A stretch of 64,000 bases of DNA from Macrostomum lignano (Eukaryota), in contig NIVC01003641.1 in assembly GCA_002269645.1 (NCBI GenBank), positions 1-64,000 of the forward strand. Direction: 5' to 3'. A program made the position numbers and the translations under genes. Positions 13,001 to 37,173 of this stretch are shown one piece after another; position 1 is the first letter of the stretch, and each line of letters opens with the position of its first letter. The notes under the pieces were generated by a model, which saw only the letters and a program-made list of their open reading frames with translations, searched no databases and was not told where the DNA came from.

Positions 13001-13493
13001 CTCCTACATCAAAGCCATCGACGTGTGGCTGTTCGCCTGTCTGGCCTTCGTGGTGGCCTCCCTGCTGGAGTTCGCGCTGGTGAACATGCTGGCCAGACGG
13101 CAGGAGCAGCAGCAGCTACGGGACGAGCTGCGCGGCCTGATGCGCAGGGAGATGACCCGACTGGGCGGCAACCTGCTGGGCAGCAGGCGGCAGCAGACCG
13201 CATCAAAGAAGCACCAGCCGGCTGGAGACAACCACGTCGGCGGCGGTGGCGACGGAGCTGGCGGCGACGGGTGCAGCGGCGATCAGATTCGCCGCCCGCT
13301 GCGGCGCTTTCGCGGAGACAGAGATGACGGCAACGCTGATGGAGGCGGCGGAAGCGGCGGTGGCAGCGGCGGCGGCTCTTTCGAAGCGGAGCGAGTGGAC
13401 AACATGTGCGTGTTCGCCTATCCGGTGTGCTTCATGCTGTTCAACCTGGTCTACTGGCTCACCTACATGCTGTACAAGGGCCGGCCGGCGTGA
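4083..13493 (+). CDS. GluCl: Cys-loop ligand-gated chloride channel subunit (glutamate-gated chloride channel / GlyR-like), 4 exons, about 528 aa
   Basis: Exons 4083-4435, 5271-5601, 7783-8178 and 12987-13493 have GT/AG ends and matching phases (junctions HHR|PGY, CPMQ|LWNF, AMQ|KLPR). Motifs: signal peptide MRQNLVLLLQLLL, loop D LLRQKWRDPRL, loop A WIPDLFFRNAK, Cys-loop CPMQLWNFPMDTQLC, loop C CLKAYNATGAFTC, PAR anion filter before M2, YIKAIDVW before M3, and M4 FNLVYWLTY. Confidence 0.93.
4665..5240. repeat. 15-bp minisatellite (TTACCAACCGGAAGG)n in GluCl intron 1
   Basis: 15-bp period; near reverse complement of the 2268-3615 unit. Confidence 0.96.
5845..7515. repeat. 30/31-bp minisatellite (CCCATTACAGTTTACTCCAGTATCTCCCAT)n in GluCl intron 2
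   Basis: Visible period; source of the three 580-630 aa pseudo-ORFs. Confidence 0.97.
8215..8722. repeat. 23-bp minisatellite (GATGAAGGGAGATGCAGATGGAT)n
   Basis: Visible period, about 22 copies. Confidence 0.96.
8925..9272 (+). mobile_element. tRNA-derived SINE-like head followed by a 45-bp tandem array
   Basis: A-box-like TGTCGGAGCGGT at about 8926 and B-box-like AGGTTTGATTC at 8968. A 45-bp unit GGCAAAACTCCAAGGCACAAAGTGTGTACAATGCCCGATATCGAG repeats about 5.5 times at 9019-9272. Confidence 0.5.
10474..12645. repeat. 50-bp minisatellite (GAACTGGTCTCACCAGCACTGGGAGTTGTGTGTTCTCCTCTGACAGTGTG)n, about 43 copies, GluCl intron 3
   Basis: Near-perfect 50-bp period. Confidence 0.98.
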
Positions 13494-14084
13494 CTCGGGA
13501 CACCTTTTTGGCAAACTGATCGTTGTGGTCATTGGTGTGGGAACTGCCAGCACACGAGCAACGAAAGTGACGCAAAAAGTCACCTACAGTGCAGTGCGCC
13601 CGTTGGCACCGCGAAAAGCGGATACGAGGGCAGAAGGCAAAACTCGCAATCACAGATTTCCCAGACTGATAGAAAAAAACATTTTCACCCTAAAAAGTAC
13701 AGCTTATACTCGTAGCTGCTAACAAAATTTCGATGAGGCTCTACATTAGCAACAGAAATGCAATTAGCAACTGCCACTTTAGGACACGTTCCTTAGGAGA
13801 TTTGATGCCCTCGAAGACTGAAAGCTTGTTTGCTATGGATAAACCTGAGAAGATCACTTTGGAATAATCAATTCAATTCTGCAAAGCGGATTTACGCAAC
13901 TAAGCTGACTGACATGTCTAATTGTCTGATTCTGTCTGACCCAAGGACTAATATTGATAAAAGGACGAGTCTGGTAGATGAACGGGACACTTCCGTTTCT
14001 TGGAAGAAATTAAATCTTGGGCAAGTAGTGTTTGTTCCTCTGAGGCCGATCTAATATCTTTGATATATAAATGTGATCAAAGTT

Positions 14085-14585
14085 TTCACAACAGCTGCTG
14101 CAACAGCAAGCAAAACAAACAAAAACCAACAATAACAATCACAAAAACAGCAACAATAACAAAAACAATAACAATAACAACAACAACAATAATAATCACA
14201 ACAATAACAACAACAACAATCACAGCAGTAGCAAAAACAACAATAACAATAACAACAGCAACAACAACAATAATAATAATAACAACAATAACAGCAACAA
14301 TCACAATACCAACAACAACAATCACAAAAACAATAACAACAACAATAACAACAATAACAATATCAACAATAACAACAACAACAACAACAATAACAACAAC
14401 AACGACAACAATAATAATAATAACAACAACAACAATAACAACAACAATCACATCAGCAGCAACAACAATAATAACAACAACAACAACAATAATCACAACA
14501 ATAACAACAACAACAATCACAGCAGCAGCAAAAACAACAATTACAACAAGTACAATAACAGCAACAACAAAAATCACAATAATGT
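14085..14585. repeat. Compound (AAC/AAT/AGC)n microsatellite
   Basis: Direct inspection; the poly-Thr and poly-Val ORFs are artefacts. Confidence 0.95.
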
Positions 14586-15665
14586 AGTGATCCGCTAGTT
14601 TGGTGTTAGGCGTCGCACTATTGTCAGCAGCTTCCTTTGCCCTCGCCCTCGCCCTGGGTTGCTGTCTGCCGCTGGGCAGCCTCCCTCCCCTTCTGCTGCC
14701 TGTTCTCTGTCGCCCCCCTCTTCTCTGCGCTCTTGCTTGCAGCCACGAGCTTCTCTGCTGTGGCCTGCTCTGCGGTTCGTTCCTGTCCTGAGGTCACGCT
14801 GGCGGCCTGTTTCCCTTGTCATGTGAGCAAGTCACCTGACAAGTCTTGTTTTCTCGAAGTCCTAAAGTGAAGTAAACATGTTTACTGCACTCGTTGGCCC
14901 GTGTTTACAGGAGGAATCACGTGCTTCGGGGCCCTTGCCTTCTCTAAGGTAATAGGTGACTCATGTTTCTAAAAATAGATACTGAGTCATGCGGCCCTGT
15001 GCACTTTACCCGCAGACCCTGCCTTCTCTGAGGCAGAGAGTGACGTCAGTTCTAAAAATAGAACAGCGTCACGAGGTCCGGCGCACACTGGTGCAGCGGG
15101 GATTCCGTGCCTATAAATACGTGCCCTTCACCCTTGGTTCGGTCAAGGATTCTTGGTATTCTTATTGGCCTCTTTTTCTTCTTATTGTTCTTCTTTAGTC
15201 TAGTTTTCCAGACTTCGTTCAGTTGCCCATTTAAGCTATCTATAATTGGCCTGACTAAACTTAGACGCCAAAGCCCAAGGGAGGCTAACACTGCCTTCCC
15301 AGCCACCCCCTGAGCCCGGCGGGATCTGCTGACCAGGACGCCTTGTTCATTAATCTGCTAATCTGCACGCTGTGCTGAGTTCGTTGACTTGTTTATTTTG
15401 TTCCGACGGGAAGCTCACCTCACCGAATGCCGAGACCTGAAGTAACTGGTGGCAGCACTACCTACGCTACTAAGAGCTAATAGAAGGCTTCCGGTTGAGA
15501 AGACGGAGAGCCCAAATCACTGTGCTAGACAGGAGAAGCATAAGTACAACATTGGTGGCAGCTGTGGGATTCAAAGACCTAACAGGCAACCCCGAAACAT
15601 CCTAAGTACTTCAATAATAATAATAATAACAACAATAATAATAACAACAATCACAGCAGCAGCAA

Positions 15666-16007
15666 GGGCGGAAGGTGTCAGCTTCCGGAGGCTCCGCACC
15701 GGACACTCGCTGGAGCTGGAGACTTATCGCCATAGGATCAGGAAGATCGATAAAGACACCTGCGGCGAGGAGGCCGAGACGGTTGAGCACGTGATCTGCT
15801 CCTGCCCGGCCACGGAGGGAATGCGCCGGCAGTACGAAGCGTCCGAGTTGAGCTGGCTTAATGAAGACCCGGATGCAGCCCTGGCGTACTGGGGCTGGTA
15901 CCGGTCCAGGTGGAAAACGTCTCAGCACTAACAACAACAACAACAACAACAACAGCAGCAACAACAATAATAACAACAATAACAATAACAACAATAACAA
16001 TAACAAC
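15666..16007 (+). mobile_element. 5'-truncated non-LTR retrotransposon 3' end with (AAC)n tail
   Basis: Encodes RLRTGHSLELETYRHRI...CGEEAETVEHVICSCPA, the C-terminal Cys/His motif of I/Jockey/R1-group ORF2. Stop at 15929-15931 runs straight into (AAC)n. Confidence 0.8.
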
Positions 16008-16681
16008 AACAACAATCACAGCAGCAGCAACAACAACAAGTGCAACAAGTACAAAAACAGCAACAATAATAATAAAAACAACAACAACAGCCGAAAAAAT
16101 TACGTCACAGGAAAAAAACTTCAGGCTTCGGGCATAGTTTAGAAATCAATACTGCGCTTTCACTTTAAATTATTCCTCAATCTTATTGTAGTGTAATTAC
16201 ATTTTTCGGTGAATAACTGCCCAGAGTGTCATAGAGAGACTACTGGCAGTAGTTTATACTCAACAAGTCTAACTTTTTAATTTGTGTCCTCAAGTTACAG
16301 CTTTTCTGCTTTTTCATTGTTCAAAGTTCTTAAAAGTACAAGTTTTGTACTTTTATTGTCAGTGTACGTATATATAACATATTATTCCTGCACAAATACA
16401 ATAATATATAGTATTCTCAAACTTCTCCACTTTTAGTGGCACTTTTTTGCTTCAGTATTTTTTAAGCTTTATATTTAATATTTAAAAAATCAGGTGAATG
16501 GTGACTGTTTACAGAGGCCAGCGGCATAAGTAATGTGCTTTTTAAAAGAAACAGTTGTTGAAATTTCTAGTGCAAAATATATCTGATACAACAGACAAAG
16601 TATTTATCGAGGTCTATAAAGGTACGACAATTGTTTTTCGTCAGCAACATCTCCCTTGACAACCATCGCTCCATCGCTCTG

Positions 16682-27736
<11,055 letters not shown>

Positions 27737-27789
27737 GACTGCGGTGCGTTGCAGGCTTGCTGATGGCTTCCTTGTGTTTCTGATCTAGA

Positions 27790-28385
27790 TTCAGGTATCT
27801 TTATCCTGATGCAGGTATCTTTAAATCTAGCTTTGGGTATCTTTAAATCTAGCTTTGGGTATCTTTAAATCCAGATGCAGGTATCTTTAAATCCAGATTC
27901 AGGTATCTTTAAATCCAGATGCAGGTATCTTTAAATCCAGATGCAGGTATCTTTAAATCTAGCTTTGGGTATCTTTAAATCTAGCTTTGGGTATCTTTAA
28001 ATCCAGATGCAGGTATCTTTAAATCCAGATTCAGGTATCTTTAAATCCAGATGCAGGTATCTTCAAATCCAGATGCAGGTATCTTTAAATCCAGATGCAG
28101 GTATCTTTAAATCTAGCTTTGGGTATCTTTAAATCTAGCTTTGGGTATCTTTAAATCCAGATTCAGGTATCTTTAAATCCAGATGCAGGTATCTTCAAAT
28201 CCAGATGCAGGTATCTTTAAATCCAGATGCAGGTATCTTTAAATCCAGATGCAGGTATCTTTAAATCTAGCTTTGGGTATCTTTAAATCCAGATGCAGGT
28301 ATCTTTAAATCCATATGCAGGTAAGTTTAAGTCCCAATGCAGGTATGCTTAAGTCCAGATGTGGGGATCTTTAAATACAGATTCA
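27790..28385. repeat. 22-bp minisatellite (GCAGGTATCTTTAAATCCAGAT)n
   Basis: Visible period with a GCTTTGGG variant. Confidence 0.94.
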
Positions 28386-30394
28386 ATCCTCCTATTTCAC
28401 CCTAGGAACATTATCACTGGCCGATGCCCATTATTTTATTGACTCTTTATAATCCCCATCGAAACAATGGTTTCCATGGCAACAATGGCAGGGCAATTAA
28501 TTTTCCGGTCCAGTTCTAGTCCACAATAAGCATAATGCAATTATCCCATCTATAGGGTTGAGCAAGGGCTGATTGTTAATCTGAATTAATGGTCAACTCG
28601 ATTGGCTCTTCAGAGAGGCGGGCCATGCAAGCGTGAGCGCTGCCCAACTCTCAACTCGATGACCTTGACCTTATCAATAATTTGGGGCACAGATGCTACA
28701 GAGAGATAGGAATTATAGCTGGGCCCTGCAGCGCTATTGTCAGCTTGCCACCGGCAATTAACTAATTTTTTTCCAATTGGCGAGTTTGACAGTAGGAAGC
28801 AGCTCAAGCCAATAAAAAATACTCAGTGCACTCTTATCTATTCTATTTTTTGTTGTTATTTTCAAAATTAGACGCGCTACTTTGAGTAGCTAATTCCAGC
28901 AGGACAAAATTTTTATCATAATTTATTTATCTGATGCAGCCGAATCAGGGAATATACCAATATTGGTATATTCGGCCCATCCATATTAGTGTTATAGTTA
29001 GCGGGCGTGAAACCGCGTTTCACAGGCCGCTGAGACTGTCTATGGTAAAATCCCATTTACTCCAATGCATTCAGTCGGTTTCACGGCCCGCTGAAAATGT
29101 CTATGGCAAAGTCAGAAGAAAGCGGGGTCAAGGGGGCGCTGAGCCCCCCTGCGGGGGAGAGCCCCCACATTAGCACACCAGCACACAAGACAAAGAAAGA
29201 AATAATGAAATCCAAAAATTGTCTATGGCCAAAACTCCTTATTTTGCGAAATGAAAAAATAGTAACTGATACTAAGAATTATTAAGCAGCTTTACTTTTA
29301 AAATATACAAGTTGTAGAAACATTAACTAGATACTTAAATGCATACGAGTTTTTTTACTTATTGAAGTTGGCCATAGATTATTGCAGCGGGCGGAATGCC
29401 GTGCGTTTCTCCCCGTTTCAACACGCCTAGGCTAACTGTAATGGGTAGGGATACGAACGAATTTGCACAGAAAGTAACGGTCTATGGAAATTGTTTCCAT
29501 AACCTTTCTTTGACAAGTATAGCTTTACCCTAGTCGTGGACTTAAGCAGTTTAGCAAAGTCTACTGAGGGAGCCTTGGCCATAGACTATAACTTTGGACA
29601 TTCAAAACGGGAATCGGACTGAGATGACTGATGCGATTGAACAGAGGGTCATCCATCGCAGGAGCTGCAAGAATTTAGACACAATCCGTGATATAAAAAA
29701 TACATTAAATTGGGCGAATTCACGTTTTGAATATGGCATTTTGCCATTTTGATTGTCCATTCCACATTCTATGCTTGTGTATTCCCAAGCAGTCCGAGTC
29801 TGCGGCCTGGCTTGGATGTCTGTGGCGTCCCGTTTTGATTGTCCAAATTCCCATTTAGATTGTCAAAAGCGGTACTAGGGATAGGGATAAAATAGTACAG
29901 AAAATCTTACCGGTACAGATTTTTAATTGTCTTGCGCAGCCCGTAAACAGCTAAAGGTGGATTCTCTTGGAAGGAGAAAGGTATGGGCCAACTCTTTGAC
30001 TCCTGTCCCACGGTTGAGTTTCACTTTTTTATACAGCCTCAATTTGGGGGAATTTTCAATCCTGAGCCAGTTGCTAAGGAAGCGACTATTGCTTAATCGC
30101 TATATGAATTATAGAAAGCATCATAAATTACAGCAGGTACGGCTTCCTGAAGCAGGAAAGCGCTTTCAATTCTGAAATTCTGCTTCAGATTCAGCAGTGA
30201 TCAGAACTATTGCGCGCTAGTGGACCCTGCACTGGCTGCCCTGGGGACCTGGGCTCAAAGGCTCTGCCAATCAGAAATTCAATCGTTTTAAAAAATTTGA
30301 AAATAGAAAATAAAATTATAATATGCATAGCAAAATTCCAAAAATTTAAAATAAATTAAATTCGAAAAATGCCTAATTGAGCATAAGAACTGAA

Positions 30395-31345
30395 AATGGG
30401 TGTCAGCTGAGCGCCAAACTGGGTGTCAGATGAGCGCCAAACTGGGTGTTAGATGGGCGCCAAACTGAGTGTCAGATGAGCGCCAAACTGGGTGTCAGAT
30501 GAGCGCCAAACTGGGTGTTAGATGGGCGCCAAACTGAGTGTCAGATGAGCGCCAAACTGGGTGTCAGATGAGCGCCAAACTGGGTGTCAGCTGAGCGCCA
30601 AACTGAGTGTCAGATGAGCGCCAAGTAAGGTGTCAGATGAGCGCCAAACTGAGTGTCAGCTGAGCGCCAAACTGGGTGTCAGCTGAGCGCCAAACTGGGT
30701 GTCAGCTGAGCGCCAAACTGGGTGTCAGCTGAGCGCCAAACTGAGTGTCAGCTGAGCGCCAAACTGGGTGTCAGCTGAGCGCCAAACTGGGTGTCAGCTG
30801 AGCGTCAAACTGGGTGTCAGCTGAGCGCCAAACTGGGTGTCAGCTGAGCGCCAAACTGGGTGTCAGATGACCGCCAAACTGGGTGTCAGCTGAGCGCCAA
30901 ACTGGGTGTCAGCTGAGCGCCAAACTGGGTGTCAGATGACCGCCAAACTGGGTGTCAGCTGAGCGCCAAACTGGGTGTCAGCTGAGCGCCAAACTGAGTG
31001 TCAGCTGAGCGCCAAACTGGGTGTCAGCTGAGCGCCAAACTGAGTGTCAGCTGAGCGCCAAACTGGGTGTCAGCTGAGCGCCAAACTGAGTGTCAGCTGA
31101 GCGCCAAACTGGGTGTCAGCTGAGCGCCAAACTGGGTGTCAGCTGAGCGCCAAACTGGGTGTCAGCTGAGCGCCAAACTGGGTGTCAGCTGAGCGCCAAA
31201 ACTGGGTGTCAGCTGAGCGCCAAACTGGGTGTCAGCTGAGCGCCAAACTGGGTGTCAGATGACCGCCAAACTGGGTGTCAGCTGAGCGCCAAACTGGGTG
31301 TCAGCTGAGCGCCAAACTGGGTGTCAGCTTAGCGCCAAGCTTGAT
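30395..31345. repeat. 23-bp minisatellite (CTGAGCGCCAAACTGGGTGTCAG)n
   Basis: Visible period, about 41 copies. Confidence 0.96.
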
Positions 31346-31857
31346 GTCAGAGGCCCAAATTTCAAAAGCATGTCAAAAGCAGAACAGCAGCCTCGCACAT
31401 TCAATTGACAATGATTAATTTCAGCTATTATTCAAAGCAAAATATTTCCAAAATTGTGCCTTCTGGCGAATGATTTATTGCGTGAGTTCAAAACCGTCTT
31501 TCGAAAGATGAAATCGGACAGAAAAAAAGGACGGCTACCGTCGAGTTTGCATAAAAATACAATAAACACACTATTAGCCTACTATGAGTATTACATTACA
31601 TCTGAAAACAATTAAAATTTGCAGGCACTTAAGCACAGATTGCGGAATGTCTGATCTGGGATTAGCAATGCAATCAACTCATGTAGCATAACGAGTATTA
31701 GGTCGATTAAAAAATTATTTTATAGGAAACAGTCAATGTGACGCCAGTTGCATGTCTGCCTGACTAGAGAAAAACAATCAATGCAATGCTTTACAACAAT
31801 GCCCCATGTGCTCAAGAAGTCTAAAGACAGGTCCGGGGTTCGAGTCGCCAGTGAGCG

Positions 31858-32772
31858 AAGAAACAGAGGGGGGAGAAACAGAGGGGGAGAAACAGAGGGG
31901 GAGAAACAGAGGGGAGAGAAACAGAGGGGAGAGAAACAGAGGGGAGAGAAACAGAGGGGAGAGAAACAGAGGGGGAGAAACAGAGGGGGAGAAACAGAGG
32001 GGAGAGAAACAGAGGGGGAGAAACAGAGGGGAGAGAAACAGAGGGGAGAGAAACAGAGGGGAGAGAAACAGAGGGTAGAGAAACAGAGGGGAGAGAAACA
32101 GAGGGGGAGAAACAGAGGGGAGAGAAACAGAGGGGAGAGAAACAGAGGGGAGAGAAACAGAGGGTAGAGAAACAGAGGGGAGAGAAACAGAGGGGGAGAA
32201 ACAGAGGGGGAGAAACAGATGGGAGAAACAGAGGGGGGAAAACAGAGGGGGGAGAAACAGAGGGGGAGAAACAGAGGGGAGAAACAGAGGGGGAGAAACA
32301 GAGGGGGAGAAACAGAGGGGGGGGGAGAAACAGAGGGGGAGAAACAGAGGGGGAGAAACAGAGGGGGGAGAAACAGAGGGGGAGAAACAGAGGGGGGAGA
32401 AACAGAGGGGGAGAAACAGAGGGGGAGAAACAGAGGGGGAGAAACAGAGGGGGAGAAACAGAGGGGGGGAGAAACAGAGGGGAGAAACAGAGGGGGAGAA
32501 ACAGAGGGGGGGGAGAAACAGAGGGGGAGAAACAGAGGGGGAGAAACAGAGGGGGGAGAAACAGAGGGGGAGAAACAGAGGGGGAGAAACAGAGGGGGAG
32601 AAACAGAGGGGGGGGAGAAACAGAGGGGAGAGAAACAGAGGGGGGAGAAACAGAGGGGGAGAAACAGAGGGGGAGAAACAGAGGGGGAGAAACAGAGGGG
32701 GGGGGAGAAACAGAGGGGGAGAAACAGAGGGGGAGAAACAGAGGGGGGAGAAACAGAGGGGAGAGAAACAGA
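31858..32772. repeat. 14-17-bp purine-rich repeat (GAGAAACAGAGGGG)n
   Basis: Visible period with variable G-run length. Confidence 0.96.
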
Positions 32773-33120
32773 AAAAGCGGAGAGAGCTTTGAACAACAAA
32801 TCGATCAAAACGTGGTAAAGTTTTTAATAAAAATAAGTTTTCAAACAAAGGCAACAGAAACAAAGCAGTTAAGAATAGCGAAAGTGTGTGATTTTAAATC
32901 TGGAAAGACAATCGAACCTGCCACTCCACAATCACTCTGTTGTGAATTTGAAGCGATCATTTACAAAATCTGTGCTATGTGATGCAGCATGTTGGAATGC
33001 AAAGTGCTTGTTAAAGTTAAAAATATACTTAAATTAAAAAACAACAAACTCTTAATGGTTGTTTAATGTAGATTTTTTTGAAATAGATTTGCAACAAAAT
33101 ATTATAGACTAAACAAACAA

Positions 33121-36100
33121 ACCAGGTGCATCTAATCAACCAGGAAGGCAACCCAGGTGCATCTAATCAACCAGGAAGGCAACCCAGGTGCATCTAATCA
33201 ACCAGGAAGGCAACCCAGGTGCATCTAATCAACCAGGAAGGCAACCCAGGTGCATCTAATCAACCAGGAAGGCAACCCAGGTGCATCTAATCAACCAGGA
33301 AGGCAACCCAGGTGCATCTAATCAACCAGGAAGGCAGCCCAGGTGCATCTAATTAACCAGGAAGGCAACCCAGGTGCATCTAATCAACCAGGAAGGCAAC
33401 CCAGGTGCATCTAATCAACCAGGAAGGCAACCCAGGTGCATCTAATCAACCAGGAAGGCAGCCCAGGTGCATCTAATCAACCAGGAAGGCAACCCAGGTG
33501 CATCTAATCAACCAGGAAGGCAACCCAGGTGCATCTAATCAACCAGGAAGGCAACCCAGGTGCATCTAATCAACCAGGAAGGCAGCCCAGGTGCATCTAA
33601 TTAACCAGGAAGGCAACCCAGGTGCATCTAATTAACCAGGAAGGCAACCCAGGTGCATCTAATTAACCAGGAAGGCAGCCCAGGTGCATCTAATTAACCA
33701 GGAAGGCAACCCAGGTGCATCTAATTAACCAGGAAGGCAACCCAGGTGCATCTAATCAACCAGGAAGGCAACCCAGGTGCATCTAATTAACCAGGAAGGC
33801 AGCCCAGGTGCATCTAATCAACCAGGAAGGCAACCCAGGTGCATCTAATTAACCAGGAAGGCAGCCCAGGTGCATCTAATCAACCAGGAAGGCAACCCAG
33901 GTGCATCTAATTAACCAGGAAGGCAGCCCAGGTGCATCTAATCAACCAGGAAGGCAACCCAGGTGCATCTAATTAACCAGGAAGGCAACCCAGGTGCATC
34001 TAATTAACCAGGAAGGCAACCCAGGTGCATCTAATCAACCAGGAAGGCAACCCAGGTGCATCTAATTAACCAGGAAGGCAGCCCAGGTGCATCTAATCAA
34101 CCAGGAAGGCAACCCAGGTGCATCTAATCAACCAGGAAGGCAGCCCAGGTGCATCTAATCAACCAGGAAGGCAACCCAGGTGCATCTAATCAACCAGGAA
34201 GGCAACCCAGGTGCATCTAATCAACCAGGAAGGCAGCCCAGGTGCATCTAATTAACCAGGAAGGCAACCCAGGTGCATCTAATCAACCAGGAAGGCAACC
34301 CAGGTGCATCTAATCAACCAGGAAGGCAACCCAGGTGCATCTAATCAACCAGGAAGGCAACCCAGGTGCATCTAATCAACCAGGAAGGCAGCCCAGGTGC
34401 ATCTAATCAACCAGGAAGGCAACCCAGGTGCATCTAATCAACCAGGAAGGCAACCCAGGTGCATCTAATCAACCAGGAAGGCAACCCAGGTGCATCTAAT
34501 CAACCAGGAAGGCAGCCCAGGTGCATCTAATTAACCAGGAAGGCAGCCCAGGTGCATCTAATTAACCAGGAAGGCAACCCAGGTGCATCTAATTAACCAG
34601 GAAGGCAACCCAGGTGCATCTAATCAACCAGGAAGGCAACCCAGGTGCATCTAATCAACCAGGAAGGCAGCCCAGGTGCATCTAATCAACCAGGAAGGCA
34701 ACCCAGGTGCATCTAATTAACCAGGAAGGCAGCCCAGGTGCATCTAATCAACCAGGAAGGCAACCCAGGTGCATCTAATTAACCAGGAAGGCAGCCCAGG
34801 TGCATCTAATCAACCAGGAAGGCAACCCAGGTGCATCTAATTAACCAGGAAGGCAACCCAGGTGCATCTAATCAACCAGGAAGGCAACCCAGGTGCATCT
34901 AATCAACCAGGAAGGCAACCCAGGTGCATCTAATCAACCAGGAAGGCAACCCAGGTGCATCTAATCAACCAGGAAGGCAACCCAGGTGCATCTAATCAAC
35001 CAGGAAGGCAACCCAGGTGCATCTAATCAACCAGGAAGGCAACCCAGGTGCATCTAATCAACCAGGAAGGCAACCCAGGTGCATCTAATCAACCAGGAAG
35101 GCAACCCAGGTGCATCTAATCAACCAGGAAGGCAACCCAGGTGCATCTAATCAACCAGGAAGGCAACCCAGGTGCATCTAATCAACCAGGAAGGCAACCC
35201 AGGTGCATCTAATCAACCAGGAAGGCAACCCAGGTGCATCTAATCAACCAGGAAGGCAACCCAGGTGCATCTAATCAACCAGGAAGGCAACCCAGGTGCA
35301 TCTAATCAACCAGGAAGGCAACCCAGGTGCATCTAATCAACCAGGAAGGCAGCCCAGGTGCATCTAATTAACCAGGAAGGCAACCCAGGTGCATCTAATT
35401 AACCAGGAAGGCAGCCCAGGTGCATCTAATTAACCAGGAAGGCAACCCAGGTGCATCTAATCAACCAGGAAGGCAACCCAGGTGCATCTAATCAACCAGG
35501 AAGGCAACCCAGGTGCATCTAATCAACCAGGAAGGCAACCCAGGTGCATCTAATCAACCAGGAAGGCAACCCAGGTGCATCTAATCAACCAGGAAGGCAG
35601 CCCAGGTGCATCTAATTAACCAGGAAGGCAACCCAGGTGCATCTAATTAACCAGGAAGGCAGCCCAGGTGCATCTAATTAACCAGGAAGGCAACCCAGGT
35701 GCATCTAATTAACCAGGAAGGCAGCCCAGGTGCATCTAATTAACCAGGAAGGCAGCCCAGGTGCATCTAATCAACCAGGAAGGCAACCCAGGTGCATCTA
35801 ATTAACCAGGAAGGCAGCCCAGGTGCATCTAATTAACCAGGAAGGCAGCCCAGGTGCATCTAATTAACCAGGAAGGCAACCCAGGTGCATCTAATTAACC
35901 AGGAAGGCAGCCCAGGTGCATCTAATTAACCAGGAAGGCAACCCAGGTGCATCTAATTAACCAGGAAGGCAGCCCAGGTGCATCTAATTAACCAGGAAGG
36001 CAACCCAGGTGCATCTAATTAACCAGGAAGGCAACCCAGGTGCATCTAATTAACCAGGAAGGCAACCCAGGTGCATCTAATCAACCAGGAAGGCAACCCA

Positions 36101-37172
36101 GGTGCATCTAATCAACCAGGAAGGCAACCCAGGTGCATCTAATCAACCAGGAAGGCAACCCAGGTGCATCTAATCAACCAGGAAGGCAGCCCAGGTGCAT
36201 CTAATTAACCAGGAAGGCAACCCAGGTGCATCTAATTAACCAGGAAGGCAACCCAGGTGCATCTAATCAACCAGGAAGGCAACCCAGGTGCATCTAATTA
36301 ACCAGGAAGGCAACCCAGGTGCATCTAATTAACCAGGAAGGCAACCCAGGTGCATCTAATTAACCAGGAAGGCAACCCAGGTGCATCTAATTAACCAGGA
36401 AGGCAACCCAGGTGCATCTAATCAACCAGTAAGGCAACCCAGGTGCATCTAATTAACCAGGAAGGCAGCCCAGGTGCATCTAATTAACCAGGAAGGCAAC
36501 CCAGGTGCATCTAATCAACCAGTAAGGCAACCCAGGTGCATCTAATCAACCAGTAAGGCAACCCAGGTGCATCTAATCAACCAGGAAGGCAACCCAGGTG
36601 CATCTAATCAACCAGTAAGGCAACCCAGGTGCATCTAATCAACCAGTAAGGCAACCCAGGTGCATCTAATCAACCAGGAAGGCAACCCAGGTGCATCTAA
36701 TCAACCAGGAAGGCAACCCAGGTGCATCTAATCAACCAGGAAGGCAACCCAGGTGCATCTAATTAACCAGGAAGGCAGCCCAGGTGCATCTAATTAACCA
36801 GGAAGGCAGCCCAGGTGCATCTAATTAACCAGGAAGGCAGCCCAGGTGCATCTAATTAACCAGGAAGGCAGCCCAGGTGCATCTAATTAACCAGGAAGGC
36901 AGCCCAGGTGCATCTAATCAACCAGGAAGGCAGCCCAGGTGCATCTAATCAACCAGTAAGGCAACCCAGGTGTGTCTAATCAACCAGGAAGGCAACCCAG
37001 GTGCATCTAATTAACCAGGAAGGCAGCCCATGTGCATCTAATCAACCAGGAAGGCAGCCCAGGTGCACCAGGAAGGCAACCCAGGTGCATCGGGAAGGCA
37101 ACCCAGGTGCATCGGGAAGGCAACCCAGGTGCATCGGGAAGGCAACCCAGGTGCATCGGGAAGGCAACCCAG
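33121..37172. repeat. 31-bp satellite (CAGGTGCATCTAATCAACCAGGAAGGCAACC)n, about 130 copies
   Basis: 31-bp period over about 4 kb. Confidence 0.98.
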
Positions 37173-37173
37173 G

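Noticed and set aside
33121-37172. CRISPR-like appearance of the 31-bp array (also the 30-, 23- and 50-bp arrays)
   Set aside because: Units are head-to-tail with no unique spacers, there are no cas genes, and the context is eukaryotic.
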